Below, one piece after another: positions 41,946 to 54,759 of a DNA stretch of 64,000 nucleotides (the first letter of the stretch is position 1; every line of letters begins with the position of its first letter). The DNA is from Octopus bimaculoides (Eukaryota). Position numbers and translations under genes: made by a program. The notes below the pieces were generated by a model. It did no database searches. It was given only the letters and a program-made list of their open reading frames with translations, and had not been told where the DNA came from. Location: contig NC_068986.1 of NCBI RefSeq assembly GCF_001194135.2, positions 3,140,197 through 3,204,196 on the forward strand, written 5' to 3'.

Positions 41946-43085
41946 CTGTGAGATGTATGTAATGAAGAAAAACAAACGAGAAAGCACTGTTCGTTATCTA
42001 CACCAAACCAACACAATACCCATATACATCAGTGGCTTGGTCATTAGTACAACTGGTACATCGCGACATGGAGAGCCTGTGACCCACATGAACTACCTTC
42101 TTTTTAATTAAAAAAAAATGCACATGAAGATTCGGGGTTTTGACTACTCTAAAATAAACTTTGAAGATAAAGACGGGGGGAAAAGGCATAAAACTTATTA
42201 GTGTATATATGAATAACGTGGATACGTATAGGATTGTAAGGCGCGATATTTCCTGAGAGGAAGCTGTTAATTAGAAAGGAAGGAGTGTGAATGGTGTAAC
42301 TAACCAACCCTACATGCAAAACACTGCACTGCCCTAGAGGGGAGCCATTCAGTTTTTATACGAAAAAACAGTAAATAATGAGAGGTGGAGGACTGGTGAA
42401 AAAGTCAGGTAGAGGAATAAATATGACTTTAGAAAAGTCATTCATACGAAGGTCTTGTTGACCGTCTTTAATGGGAACAAACACGGATGGATCAGTAGAG
42501 AACGAGGGAAAAAAACATCTTCCTCTACAAGATATGACAGTGCTCTTCACATTTGGATTAACTATGTAAATAAACACAATCTTGCTCCAGGCTTGCTTTT
42601 GGGCAGAACAACACATTGCAAACTGACCGTTGATGTGTTCAATTAAAGACCAGGAAGATAGAAATACAGTGAAATAAAGCGAAACAGAAACGAAAGAAAA
42701 AAACAACAGATTTCTAAAACGGTTGGGAAAAAAAGTAATAAATAACAATGTGAAGATAAACAGTTGAGATATGAGATCGACTACAAACAAAATGGGGGAG
42801 AATCGATCTAAATAATCCGCCTGTTGTGATTCAATCGCCAATTTCTGGGTTTTTTTTTTACTTTATTTTAACTGTTTTTGAACCATCAAGAAATCTGTCA
42901 TAAATTCGAGATGTGAACTTACGAATAAGACACACAAAAGACTGCATCAATTGAAAAACAATCTTTCTCTCCTGGAAGGAGGAGGGGGGGGGGGGAATGA
43001 ATGATGCTGGAGATGGGAGACACAAAATATTGATAGCAACAGTATAAATTTAGTAGAAGTAATTGGCATTTTGTTGAATACTTAC

Positions 43086-43330
43086 CATGCATTGTGGCGT
43101 GCAAATAAGGTAGGGAGATCTATCTATGTCTAGAATATAGATGATAGTGAATGTATATATGTGGTATGCGTACACGCGCGGGTGGATACGCGTGTGTCGT
43201 CCAGGTCTGGTGTATATAATACAACAGTGTTCAGTGAAAACGAGAAGCAGCAACTGTGCCCCAGTCTGGCATCCTACAACGTGCGTGTGTTGTCTTCTAA
43301 GAGCTAAAAGATGACTCGCTCAGCTCCTCG
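43086..43330 (-). other. Candidate first (non-coding) exon; 5' end approximate
   Basis: Strong donor GCATG|gtaagta at 43086/43085; CpG-rich unique sequence upstream. Confidence 0.5.
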
Positions 43331-43900
43331 CTTACTACTAAGTCTTTTAGAAGTTACCCAAATTGACGTAAGGATGAAGACAGTGAAAGATAGAGCTGGA
43401 GGTAGGGAGAGAGAGAGAGAGAGGAGTAAGAGGAAAGGAGAGAGAGAGAGAGAGAAAGAGGCTAACAAGTAGCTGGTAAAAATACTAGAGCTACTATAAC
43501 ATGAAGAGGACTGCTGTCGCTACTGCTACTGCTGTACTAGCACCATCACCACCACCACCATTACCGCTACCACTGCAGCCGCAACAGTAAACGGAACAGA
43601 CAATGAGATAGAGACTAGAACCTGGCCAACATTGATAGGTAACTAGGTAGATATGCTGAAGTACTACACAGTGCGACTGTATACTTCAATGATGGAGTGG
43701 AGTTGCTGTCAGTAGAGATAGACGAGGTGACGGTGGTTGAAGGAAAAGAAGGAGGAAGATGAAGGCAACAGAATGAGTAGGGAGAATAAAGGGTGAAGCG
43801 GAGTTTCGGTTAATTCTTGTTTAGGAATGGAATGAAATTAAAATACGAAGTAGAATGAATACTTCTAGTAAAAAAAAAAATGAATGAATGATAAATATAA
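43300..43900 (-). promoter_or_regulatory. Putative promoter region
   Basis: CpG-retaining unique DNA, CRE-like TGACGTAA (43364-43371) and (GA)n tracts, immediately upstream of the candidate first exon. Confidence 0.4.
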
Positions 43901-44799
43901 ATATTTTAAAATATATGTTGCTTCCTGTGTATGTGCGCAGGGGGTGGGNNNNNNNNNNNNNNNNNNNNNNNNNNNNNNNNNNNNNNNNNNNNNNNNNNNN
44001 NNNNNNNNNNNNNNNNNNNNNNNNNTAGCAGTAGAAAAAAAGTAAAAAATTAAAAGGTATAAAAAAAGGGGGAAATAAGCAGGAGGGGTGGGGAGAAGAA
44101 ATTAACAGGAATAAGGGAGACCTCTGGCGAATATATTAACGAAGGGCATTAACTCTAAATTGGTGTAGTTTCGATTGTGCTAGTTTTACTTCTCGCGCGC
44201 TAAGTGAGCTCAACGGAGAAATTTAATTCATTGTATTGTAATACTTTCAGCGGACTTCAAAAAGAAAAAGTTATTGATTTCTTTTGAAATTTTACAAGGA
44301 GGCGTATAGGTGATTGAATTGGCTCTTGTATAATACTAGTGGTTGTTTGAATGACCCAGGACAGAGATAATTAAAAGGAGACGTCGACCCCCAACTGATT
44401 TTGAGATCCGAAAAAGAAAGTTAAAAACCAAATACTAAATGAAATCAAACATCTACTCTGTTACTAATTCCACGTTTGAAAATGTTTAACTTCTACTGTA
44501 AAAGTCCGTGATACTTTTGCTAATATGTTATCGACGAGGCTTATTTTATTTATTTATTTGAAAGAGTAAAAAAAGTATTCGATTACTTATTTGCAAGAAT
44601 GAAGATCGACCGGGTTCGATGGAACAAGAAAACGTGAGGCAAATATATGTATTTCCCCTTTCTGTATTATTTGTGTTATTTTTCTGTGTTCGTTTACATA
44701 TGTTTGTGTGTGCGCGTGTAAATCGTTCTATCTTTACTAGATCCAAAATGCTATAATTTTGGAAGAGATGAAGTTGCGGCATACATACCTTTCCTAATG

Positions 44800-46520
44800 A
44801 CATTAGCAGTAAAGGTAAAACTAAAAGGCATCAATCATGAATTAAATCCAGTTCACATACCCTATTTGCGGGGATCTTCCCTTTTACCTTTCAGATGCAG
44901 GGAAAAAAATATCAGAAGACAATACCTTCTTCCTGTCAGGTGCAAAACGTCAGGGCTTCCACTATCAGCATTGGCAGGATGAAAGGTAGGTCTGGAGAGA
45001 TTATATAGATGCCGGTAGGTATATGCTGTATACAAGAGTTAAAATGGAAGGGAACTTCAGCAAGGCACTTCATGGGGAATGATCAGGTACAAATTCCTCT
45101 GAGTAGGTAAAAGTACTGGAATTGATTGAGTAGACTTTGTTAGCAGATAAAAAGGAAAGATAAAGTTACTGAGATAGAGTATTTGATAGAATAATTAAGC
45201 CTTGTCACGAACATGATAGCAACAATAGTCTGAATATGTATCACAATCAAAATTGACTCATGAACAATCAGGACTGTTTCTTAGAAGACTTGAAGATTAT
45301 CTTGTTAACAAATGACAGACAATAACTTTATCACAGCTAGTGACTTTAATGGACTATTCTAATGTATATAAAGGCTGTGTGAAAGAGGGATCAAGACTCT
45401 TGGTGTTATGTCATGCAAATCACTTAACTATTTGCAACACTAACTTCAAGAAATTGGCCAGTCACCTACTACTTGCGCAATAATACAATCCAGAGAGATT
45501 TCTTACCAGGAAATGGGATAGAAACGATTGTTGTAAATACTAAGTCTTTCCCTGGTGAAAAATGTACCACTCAAATTAGACCAGTGTTTCTCAATCGGGG
45601 TTCTGCAAGAAAGAGTGAGATAAGCTAATGCTAATTTCATGATTGTAATATTACTATACACACACAACATATTGGTTATTGTAATACAGACATCATCTTA
45701 TGTTATCAAGAAGATATAACAACCATTAGGGATATATTTAATGATGTTTGTAATTTATGGACACCCGATATATATATATGTGTGTCTGTGTATGATATTT
45801 ACCACGTGAATTACGATGAAAAAATATGAGAAAGATGTGGTATATAATTTTTTTTTTTTTTGTTCAGGGGTTCCTTGAGACATGTAATTTATTTTAAGGG
45901 TAAAAAGGTTGAGAAACATTGAATTAGACCAACAATAAGTGACAGATAAGAACAAGATAGGACAATCTAGAAAAGGATAGTTTGAAAGCTTGGCTAGATA
46001 TAAGTTTAAAGAAGTCCTGGGTGTTGTGTATGATAAGGAGAGGTTGATAGAGACAACTTGTTACCTAGGTGACAAAATTAACATCAGAGGAGGGTGTTCT
46101 AAAAGCATAACAGAGTAAGAGCTGGACGAAAAATGCTTAAGGAGTTATTACTGCTGCTGACAATAAAAGAATCCTTTCTCTGACTGAAAGGCAGATTGTA
46201 TGATGCTTGTATACTGGGTGCAATGCTACAGGGTACTCAAAAAGTTGGGCATTGAACGTAGAGGATATATGATGGGAAATAAATGAAGTGATCAAGCTTA
46301 ATATTGGTGTGTGTGTGAATGATGCAGCACAAATGAGCTGAGCTAAAAGCTGGGCATTAAGCAGAATCAATCATGTAAAGAAAGAAAATTGCGTTGGTCC
46401 TGTCATGTGATGCAAATAGAGGATTGCAGGTGGGTAAAGAAAGAAATGCCAAGCAATCCAAGTGGAAAGAATTTGTGTCAGAGGAAGACATGAGAAAAAA
46501 ACAATGAAAGCTGAACCTCA
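44800..46520 (+). mobile_element. Decayed, internally deleted RTE LINE (APE endonuclease plus RT C-terminus)
   Basis: Broken translation ...ASDFNG...ICNTNFKKLASHL...SFPGEKCTTQIRP...; CYLGD...GGCS...KGRLYDAC...KLRWSCHV. Confidence 0.8.
45582..45921. mobile_element. hAT (Charlie-like) MITE nested in the RTE LINE
   Basis: TIRs CAGTGTTTCTCAA / TTGAGAAACATTG; perfect 8-bp TSD AATTAGAC at 45574-45581 and 45922-45929. Confidence 0.92.
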
Positions 46521-46703
46521 TCAAGAAAATAAAGAGCCACATGTGAAAACATCATTCTGTAGAAAACCCGTACAACACAGGAAGCATTGGAAAATGTTTT
46601 GGCAATAATGAAGAAAGGGGGGCTGATGGTGATTATTGTTGTTGTTGGTTGAATCATTACAGCCTTGGACAAATTACCTTTGGTATTTGTTCTAGCTCTT
46701 TAA

Positions 46704-46920
46704 CCCTTTAGCATTTAAGCTAGCCATATCTGGCCCAAATATTCTATCTATTTTATGTTCAAACTACCTGGGCCTGGTCTCTCCCACCTACCCTACATTG
46801 TCATTCTAAAACTAAACAATCACATCATCAAAATCTTAAAGTTACAAGATAATGCAAAATTAATTGAAAACAATATGAATGAAGCACTCTATTTGATAGA
46901 GTAATCTGAATGCTAAAGGG
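46704..46920. mobile_element. piggyBac-type MITE
   Basis: TTAA|CCCTTTAGCATT...AATGCTAAAGGG|TTAA. Confidence 0.92.
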
Positions 46921-47120
46921 TTAATCCCACCAAAATCAGCTTTGCTTTTCATCCTTTGGAGCAGGAGGAGGGTCAGTAAACCAATGTTGGGTACTGAAGG
47001 TTTGGTTAAAGTTTCAGGCCTTGTGCCTATATTTTAAAACAGCATCTTTGTTTTCAGCAGACTAGCTAGAATATCAAACAAGCTGAATATTTAGTAAAAG
47101 ATTAGTGGATTTGCAGAATA

Positions 47121-47469
47121 GCACCTGTGCCCAACGTCGCCTTCCTGGCACTTGTGCCGGTGGCATGTGTAAAGACATTCGAGCGAGATCGTTGCTAGTG
47201 CCGCTGGACTCACTCCTGTGCAGGTGGCACGTAAAATACACCATTTTGAGCGTGGCCGTTGCCAGTACCTCCTGACTGGTCTTTGTGCCGGTGGCACGTA
47301 AAAGCACCCACTACACTCTCGGAGTGGTTGACGTTAGGAAGGGCATCCAGCTGTAGAAACTCTGCCAAATCAGATTGGAGCCTGGTGTAGCCATCTGGTT
47401 CACCAGTCCTCAGTTAAATCATACAACCCATGCTAGCATGGAAAGTGGATGTTAAACGACGATGATGAT
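47121..47469 (+). mobile_element. Family A RTE-tail copy
   Basis: High identity to other copies. Confidence 0.9.
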
Positions 47470-47679
47470 TAGAACATGAGAAAAATTTTCCTAAAAAGTG
47501 GGGAGGAACAATGTTGAGGATGAGGGATGAGTGTGAAAAACAAGTAGGTCCAGGGAGAGGGAAAAATAATTGGTAGCTCAGAAAACGATGAGATGTGTTT
47601 AACTGGTTTAACTACAGCAGTAGAATAAGGTGTCAGTTAGGGAAATGAGGGTGTTGGGAAGACTTGACAGGAACAAATT

Positions 47680-49265
47680 TGGTTGAGAGGCCAAAAATAT
47701 TTTGTGAATTTGATCTTGCGCTTTGCATTCTGCATTGAAATCCCACCATGGTCACCTTTACCATTCATCCTCTTGGGATCAATAAAATAAAGTAGAAGTC
47801 AAATACTGGAGTTGATGGTATGAATTTACTTATTCTCCTCAATACCACTGGCCTTGTGCCTGAGTTAGAAACAATTACCATTTTTAGGCAGTGATTTGGC
47901 AGAAATGATAAAAGCATCAGATAAAATGTCTTACACGATTCAGTTACGACTCTTTACATTCTAAGTTCATATCCTACCAAGGTCAACTTTGCCTTTCATC
48001 CATTTGGGGGTTGATAAAATAAAGTAAAAGTCAACTACTGGGGTTTATGATATTAACTAACCCCCTCCCCTCAAAATTTTTAGTTCTGTGCCTAAATTAG
48101 AAACAGTTATTATTAGCAATTTTATAGAGTGGTGGATTGGTAGAATCATTAAGGAATCTGACAAAATGCCATGTGGTAGTTCTTCCAGCTTTTTTGAATT
48201 CAGACCCCACCAAAATCACTTATGAGGGTTAGTAAAATAAAGTATTAGTCAATTATTGAGGTTGGTATAATTGATTAACCCCTCTACTCCTAAAATTTTT
48301 GGTCTTCTGCATATATTCATCATCATCATCATCGTCCGCTTTCCATGCTAGCATGGGTTGGACGATTTGACTGAGGACTGGTGAACCAGATGGCTACACC
48401 AGGCTCCAATCTGATTTGGCAGAGTTTTTAAAGCTGGATGCCCTTCCTAACGCCAACCACTCAGAGAGTGTAGTGGTTTCTTTTAAGTGCCACCTGCACG
48501 AATGCCAGTCAGGCGGAACTGGCAACGAACTTACTCAAATGTCTTTTCACGTGCCACTGGCACAAGTGCCAGGAAGGCAATGTTGGTATAAGAATCCATT
48601 ATCATTAATTTAGGAGTACTGGACAAAATGCTTAGTGGCATTTCTTCCAGATGTTTATGTTCTGAGTTCAAACCCTGCCCATGTCAAAATTCGCCTTTCA
48701 TCCTTTTGGGATTGATAAAAAAAAGGTATCAGTTGAGCACTGGGGTTGATGTAATCAATCTACCCCAACTCCTCCAATATTTCAGACCTTGTGCCTACAT
48801 TAGAAAGAATAATTATTAACATTAGGGCAGCGAAAGGCGGCAAGCTGACAGAATCGATTGCACGCTGGGCAACATGCTTAGTGGCATTTCATCTGTCTTC
48901 GTGTTCCGAGTTCAAATCCCGCCAAGGTCGACTTTGCCTCTCATCCATTTGCGAGATGATAAAATAAGTATGAGATCTGTGTAACTGACTTACCTCTTCC
49001 CTGAAATTACTGGCTTTGTGCCAAAATTTGAAATCAGTATTCGGGCAGCAAGCTGGCTGAATCATTAGCATGTCAGACAAAAGTACTTAGCAGCATCTCT
49101 TCCTGCTCTTTGCATTCTGAGTTCAAATCCCACCAAGGTTAGCTTTTCCTTTCTACCTTTTGAAGTTGATGAAAGTAAGTACCAGTTGAGCACTGGGGTC
49201 AATGTAATCACTTTACCCTCTCCCCTAAAATTGCTGGCATTATATCAAAATTTGAAACTATCATC
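47680..49265 (+). mobile_element. Head-to-tail chain of about 6 tRNA-derived SINEs (family C)
   Basis: Repeated GGCAGAATC..TAGCA..GAGTTCAAAT.CC.CCAAGGTC.ACTTTGCCTTTCATCC...GTGCC.AAAT units. Confidence 0.8.
48317..48586 (-). mobile_element. Family A RTE-tail copy, antisense, inserted in the SINE chain
   Basis: Reverse complement of family A with a (CAT)n tail. Confidence 0.9.
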
Positions 49266-50189
49266 ATCATCAGCAACACCATCTCATACATGATATAAAC
49301 ATTTCAATCCTGGAGAAATGAAAGGCAAAGTTGACTTCAGCTGGATTTGAACTTAGAATGTAAGAAAACAAGGAGTAGGGATTAATCAGTTGCGTCAAAC
49401 CTAGCACTTGATCAGTACTTTATCAACCCTTGAGAGATGAAGAGCAAAGTTGACCTTGACCTCTTTCTGACATAGGCACAAAGCCAGAGATTTGTGGGAA
49501 AGGAACAGTCAATTATACTGTTGATCCATTTGTGTATTTACAAGTACATGTATATATATATATATATATATTTGTGTGTGTATACAATTTTTTTTGTTTT
49601 TACAAGTACGCATAACCATGCATGCTTGAATTTACATATGTGTGTTTGTATATACATAATCCTATTTAAAATTCTATATTGTGCATAAAAATATGAGTAA
49701 ATTTTGTTTTTATTTATTTGCTCTCACTAAATTTGATAGTATCTTAATAACCTAGTTGGCTACTGTTACATCTAATTTTCCCATGCCAGTCTTTCTTGCT
49801 TGCTTGCAAGCTCGCTGGATCTTTCCACTGCCCACAAGGTGGGGCAATACCGCTCACTTTGGGAACCACTGCTCTAGATGAATAAATCACTCAACTTCAC
49901 TCCACAGTATTCCTGTTGCTTACAGGAGTAAATCACACCACCTGTGGTATCTAGTTAGAGTAAAGTTGCCTCTGCAATTGAGAATCAAACCTCTTGATCA
50001 CAGATACAATGCAGAGCCAATAGCCAAAATGCAAATATTTAATAACTCAGTTAATATTCCAACACTAATTGCCTTGATTATCTATCCATTGTACCAGTAA
50101 TAGTAACATTGAACTCCATCAACTTGATCAGGCATCTACTATAGTAGTAATAGGAATATGAAGCCTAATTGGCTTGAGCATCCACCCAT

Positions 50190-50405
50190 TATACTAATAA
50201 TAGTTTCAAATTTTGCCACAAGGGCAGCAATTTTAGGGGAGGGGATGAGTCAATTACATCAACCCCAGTGTTCAACTGGTACCCAAAAAGAATGAAAGGC
50301 AAAGTCAATCGCGACAGAGTTTGAAATCAGAACATAGCAACAGACAAAAAAACCGGTTAAGCGTTTCACCCAGTGTACTAACAATTCTGCCCGCTCGCCA
50401 CCTTG
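50190..50405 (-). mobile_element. tRNA-derived SINE family C
   Basis: Reverse-complement match (GGTGGCGAGCGGGCAGAATTGTTAG head); a similar copy lies at 52735-52940. Confidence 0.8.
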
Positions 50406-50421
50406 ACCCATTATACTAATA

Positions 50422-50618
50422 CAGTAATCCCTTGCCATATTGTGGTTTATTATTTAAGCTTAACGTTGATTCCTCCGTGGTGTTGTTTTGCATTTATAAT
50501 AAAATAAATATATACAAATTATTAAAAAAATATATACAGTACTGTTTCTACTTCGCAGATTTTCACCTATCACAGGGGTTTTTGGAACATGACACCCGCA
50601 ATAGTCAAGGGATTACTG
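50422..50618. mobile_element. Tc1/pogo (Tigger-like) MITE
   Basis: TA|CAGTAATCCCTTG...CAAGGGATTACTG|TA: 13-bp perfect TIR with TA TSD. Confidence 0.88.
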
Positions 50619-51099
50619 TAATGAGAATATTCTGGTTCCAGTTGACTTGGTTATCCACCGTCTATACTAGTATTGGAAATATGAAGTCCAACTGTGTTGG
50701 TCATCCAATCAGCCACCAGTGTTATCCAAGGGAAAGGACAGCTTGGCACCAGTAATGTTACAGCTCATTTCTGAGTGAACTGGAACAATGTGAAATAAAG
50801 TGTCTTGCTCAAGAACACAACACACAGCCCAGTCTGGGAATCGGACTCGTTACCTCGTGATTGTGAGCCCGATGCTCTAACCACTGAACCATGTGTCTTC
50901 ATATGTATATATACCCTATAGAGTGTAGGATGCATGACCAGGGTAGTACCTCATGGTGAGAAGCAGTTGTTTCCCTTCACAGATTGACTGAGATCCTATT
51001 TATTTCCTACTCCTGCAGCTAGCTCGTGTATGGCTCCACAAATGCTGCACTGTATGGCAGTGTCCACATTCTGATTCCTGGTTTTGATTGACCAGCTAA

Positions 51100-52450
51100 A
51101 TTACATGAGTGAACCCAAGTGCTATGTTTGAGGGTGGGAATGCTTATCTCTTAATATTTGAAATTGGAATATCAGAGAGCACAGAAGTAAATGTTTAGGA
51201 GGATTGATAGCTGAGATTCTAGCATTTATAATCATGGTGAAGTTCATAAGTAGCCAACTTGTACTTTCTCTTGTGTGGGCATGGATTGAAAATCTCATTT
51301 TTGCAGTTTTAGATAGGTGTTTGGGCAATGAAATATTTTTAAATGGAATTCTTTTCTTTTATACATAATCTACACTTGCTGTTACTACTAAAATAAAGTT
51401 TGCAGAAGTGGATAAGTTTGGAGAATTATAACCACACAACCATCATTGAGTAGTAATTATAAAAAGAAGGGGACCTTTGTTATGTTGTCATCAAGGATTT
51501 TGAGTATATATTCACTTATCTATTGTTATAACAAAAACAGAATCAGGATCATTGCACTTAAAGATATTGATATGTGGGTAAAGGTTTGGTGAAATATGTA
51601 AAGGAAGAGTAAATTCTTTTTATTCATTAATTTGTGAGGGAAGGAAAATGCCAAAACCTTTTAATTTGATCTTACCTGGTGAATAAAGATAAGCAGGGCA
51701 AGGTTACAGAAGTTAAAATTAAAAATAACTTTTTCTATATTATTCTAGTTTAACATTTTTAGGCTTATGTAATGTGAATAGGTTGTCGTCCCTATACAGT
51801 CTTACCCACATTAGTGAAAATTCCTTACTAATACAGAATAGGATATATATCCCAACTAGGTCAGTTATCTGAGTGGAATCCCTGAATCTTATAGTAATGT
51901 CAAACTTACCTGGTCTGTCCTTTCTAACCCAGTATTCTAGTAGTTAATATATCTACTTTGTCCTTTGAGGGGTTATTTTGTAATTTTCAGGATTGCCTTT
52001 TTAAGCAAGTGTGGTGTAAAGCATAGTCTAATTGGTATAAGTTACTGGTTTCGTTCATTTGTACAAGAATCTCAATATTCTTCTTGAGTTCCGTTGCTGG
52101 TGTGCGCAGTTTCTTTAAGTGTTGGTTTCTTTGTATGAGTGAATTTTTAGAATTTAATGTTATCTACAATACTCCAAAGTTCATCTTTGAATCCAACCAG
52201 TTGCAGATTAGGTGGTGGAAATTTCTGAGATTTAAATAAATGCTGTAATACCTCATGGTGTTTCTTTCCTTCCTGGTCAAAATGGTATGCATGTTGCCTT
52301 GATTATACAGAGAAATTTTCAAATTGTCATCCTGAATAAGTTTCTTATATTACATATATCTGATTTTATCTGAAGGAATTTAAGTTATTTCTATTTGATT
52401 GTATTAAGTACCTAGTTGTTGTACAAAACATTGAGAAATACACTTTGACT
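51100..52450 (-). mobile_element. Decayed Penelope-like retroelement ORF remnant
   Basis: FKSQKFPPPNLQLVGFKDELWSIVDNIKF resembles the conserved PLE pre-RT segment; downstream pieces have many stops and frameshifts. Confidence 0.55.
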
Positions 52451-52989
52451 TACTTTATGATCTAGGACTATATGTTTCATCCTTAAACTTAAGGTCAAGA
52501 TGAGGTCAAACACGAAGTAATTTTCATAGCCATATTAAGTTTCTAAACCTCCTCACTTTTTTTCTATCTAAAACCATAGTAACCTAGCAAAATACATTGG
52601 AGACACATAAATACACCAAGTTCACTTTGAATCACATTTGAATGAAGGTGCATAGTTGAAAATAGCTGGCTGCAAAGGCAGCAGCTAATTCTCTACACAG
52701 CACAAACACATGTCATTTATATCCTTTTCTACTCTAGGCACAAGGCCTGAAAAATTTTTGAGGAGGGTGGTCAGTTGATTAGATTGACCCCAGTAGACAA
52801 CTGGTACTTAATTTATCAACCCCGAAAGGATGAAAGGCAAAGTCAACCTCGGCAGAATTTGGACTCAGAATGTAAAGACAGATGAAATACCTCCAAGCAT
52901 TTGGCCCGGGGGAGCTAACGTCTCTGCCAGCTCACCGCCTGCTGTGTCAGTTGTATCTAAACCAATTATTCTGTAAAAATAAAAATGAA

Positions 52990-53749
52990 AAAGTATGCAG
53001 GTATACAAGCCCCCATATTCATTGTAATTGTTAACATGGGCTGTATGCTCCGTTGGATGTGTAATGTCAATGTGAATACCCGTCAGAGTGTAAGTATCTT
53101 GAGAGAAAAGCTGAACATTAGAAGCATCAGTTGTGGTGTGCAAGAGAGACGATTGCGCTGGTATGGACATGTGGTGAGAATGGATGAGGATAGCTGCGTG
53201 AAAAAGTGCCACACCCTAATAGTTGAGGGAACCCGTGGAAGAGGTAGGCCCAGGAAGACCTGGGCTGAGGTGGTGAGGCAAGACCTTCGTACATTGGGCC
53301 TCACCGAGGNNNNNNNNNNNNNNNNNNNNNNNNNNNNNNNNNNNNNNNNNNNNNNNNNNNNNNNNNNNNNNNNNNNNNNNNNNNNNNNNNNNNNNNNNNN
53401 NNNNNNNNNNNNNNNNNNNNNNNNNNNNNNNNNNNNNNNNNNNNNNNNNNNNNNNNNNNNNNNNNNNNNNNNNNNNNNNNNNNNNNNNNNNNNNNNNNNN
53501 NNNNNNNNNNNNNNNNNNNNNNNNNNNNNNNNNNNNNNNNNNNNNNNNNNNNNNNNNNNNNNNNNNNNNNNNNNNNNNNNNNNNNNNNNNNNNNNNNNNN
53601 NNNNNNNNNNNNNNNNNNNNNNNNNNNNTGTAGAAACTCTGCCAAATTTAGATTGGAGCCTGGTGTTGCCATCCGGTTTCACCAGTCCTCAGTCAAGTCG
53701 TCCAACCCATGCTAGCATGGAAAGCGGACGTTAAACGATGATGATGATG
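52990..53749 (+). mobile_element. RTE LINE 3' end continuing across a gap into the family A tail
   Basis: LREKLNIRSISCGVQERRLRWYGHVVRMDEDSCVKKC...GRGRPRKTWAEVVRQDL; after the Ns, family A tail plus (GAT)n. Confidence 0.88.
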
Positions 53750-53754
53750 TGTAT

Positions 53755-53998
53755 GTCATCATCGTTTAATACCCACTTTCCATGCTGGAACGATTGACAG
53801 AGGACTGGCAAACCAGATGGCTACACCAGGCTCCAATCTGATCTGGCAGAGTTTCTACAGTTGGATGCCCTTCCTAATGCCAACCACTCTGAGAGTGTAG
53901 TGGGTGCTTTTACATGCCACCAGCACGAGGGCCAATCCAGTGGCACTGGCAACGACCTCACTCGAATATTGTTTTTCACGTTCCACTGGCACAAGTGT
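53755..53998 (-). mobile_element. Family A RTE-tail copy, antisense, tail-to-tail with the previous one
   Basis: Reverse-complement match. Confidence 0.85.
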
Positions 53999-53999
53999 C

Positions 54000-54160
54000 A
54001 GTAAGTTCCTGGTCATTCCTAACATATAGTTTCAGGTCATCCATATAGAATAGGTGACTGTTAATTAGTTTGTGTTTGGACCTTATGTTATTCAGTCCAT
54101 TAGAAAGTGGTAAGAACAAGAAACACAAAGGAAAGTCCGCATGGAAAATCCCTTTTTTTA
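54000..54160 (-). mobile_element. R4/Dong-like LINE RT fragment
   Basis: KGIFHAD..LCFLFLPLS...SHLFYMDDLKLY. Confidence 0.7.
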
Positions 54161-54759
54161 AAAATTTTGCTTGATTGCATGACTGCATAAAGCACCTGTG
54201 CCAGTGCCATGTGAAGGGCACCCAGTACACTTTGTGGAGTGGTTGGCATCAGGAAGGGCATCCAGCTGTACAGACCATGTCAAAACAGACAAGTGGAGCT
54301 CCCCTGTTGGCTAGTTCCTGTCAGACCATCCAACCCATGCCAGCATGGAAATTGGATGTTAAATGATGATGATGGTGGTGGTGGTGGTGAGTAGTAATAG
54401 TAAGTTGAGCCAACAAATGAATTACTTCTACCAAACAATAAATATGTATGTATAGTGCTAAGTTACCAATAACTTTGGTTTATACAGTTATTTCTCATCA
54501 TAAACAAAGGATTGAGGTGGGATGCCTTTATTATGTTGTACATTAGTGTTTATAATGCAATGATGCATCATCATCATCATCGTTTAACGTCCGCTTTCCA
54601 TGCTAGCATGGGTTTTGGTAATAAAATGCTGACAGCTAGCTGGATGGATCCTCTGAACTTTCAAAACAAGAGAAAAGGAGACGATGGTGATCCTGTGGAG
54701 GACATATGTCCTCAGCCGCTTGGACCACTGCTCCCAACTATGGTCACCACACAATATAA

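Noticed and set aside
43501-43590. 29-aa plus-strand ORF MKRTAVATATAVLAPSPPPP...
   Set aside because: A low-complexity trinucleotide tract with no other support.
51905-51915. Strong minus-strand donor ACCAG|gtaagt
   Set aside because: It lies inside a decayed PLE ORF, with no clean upstream acceptor or open frame.
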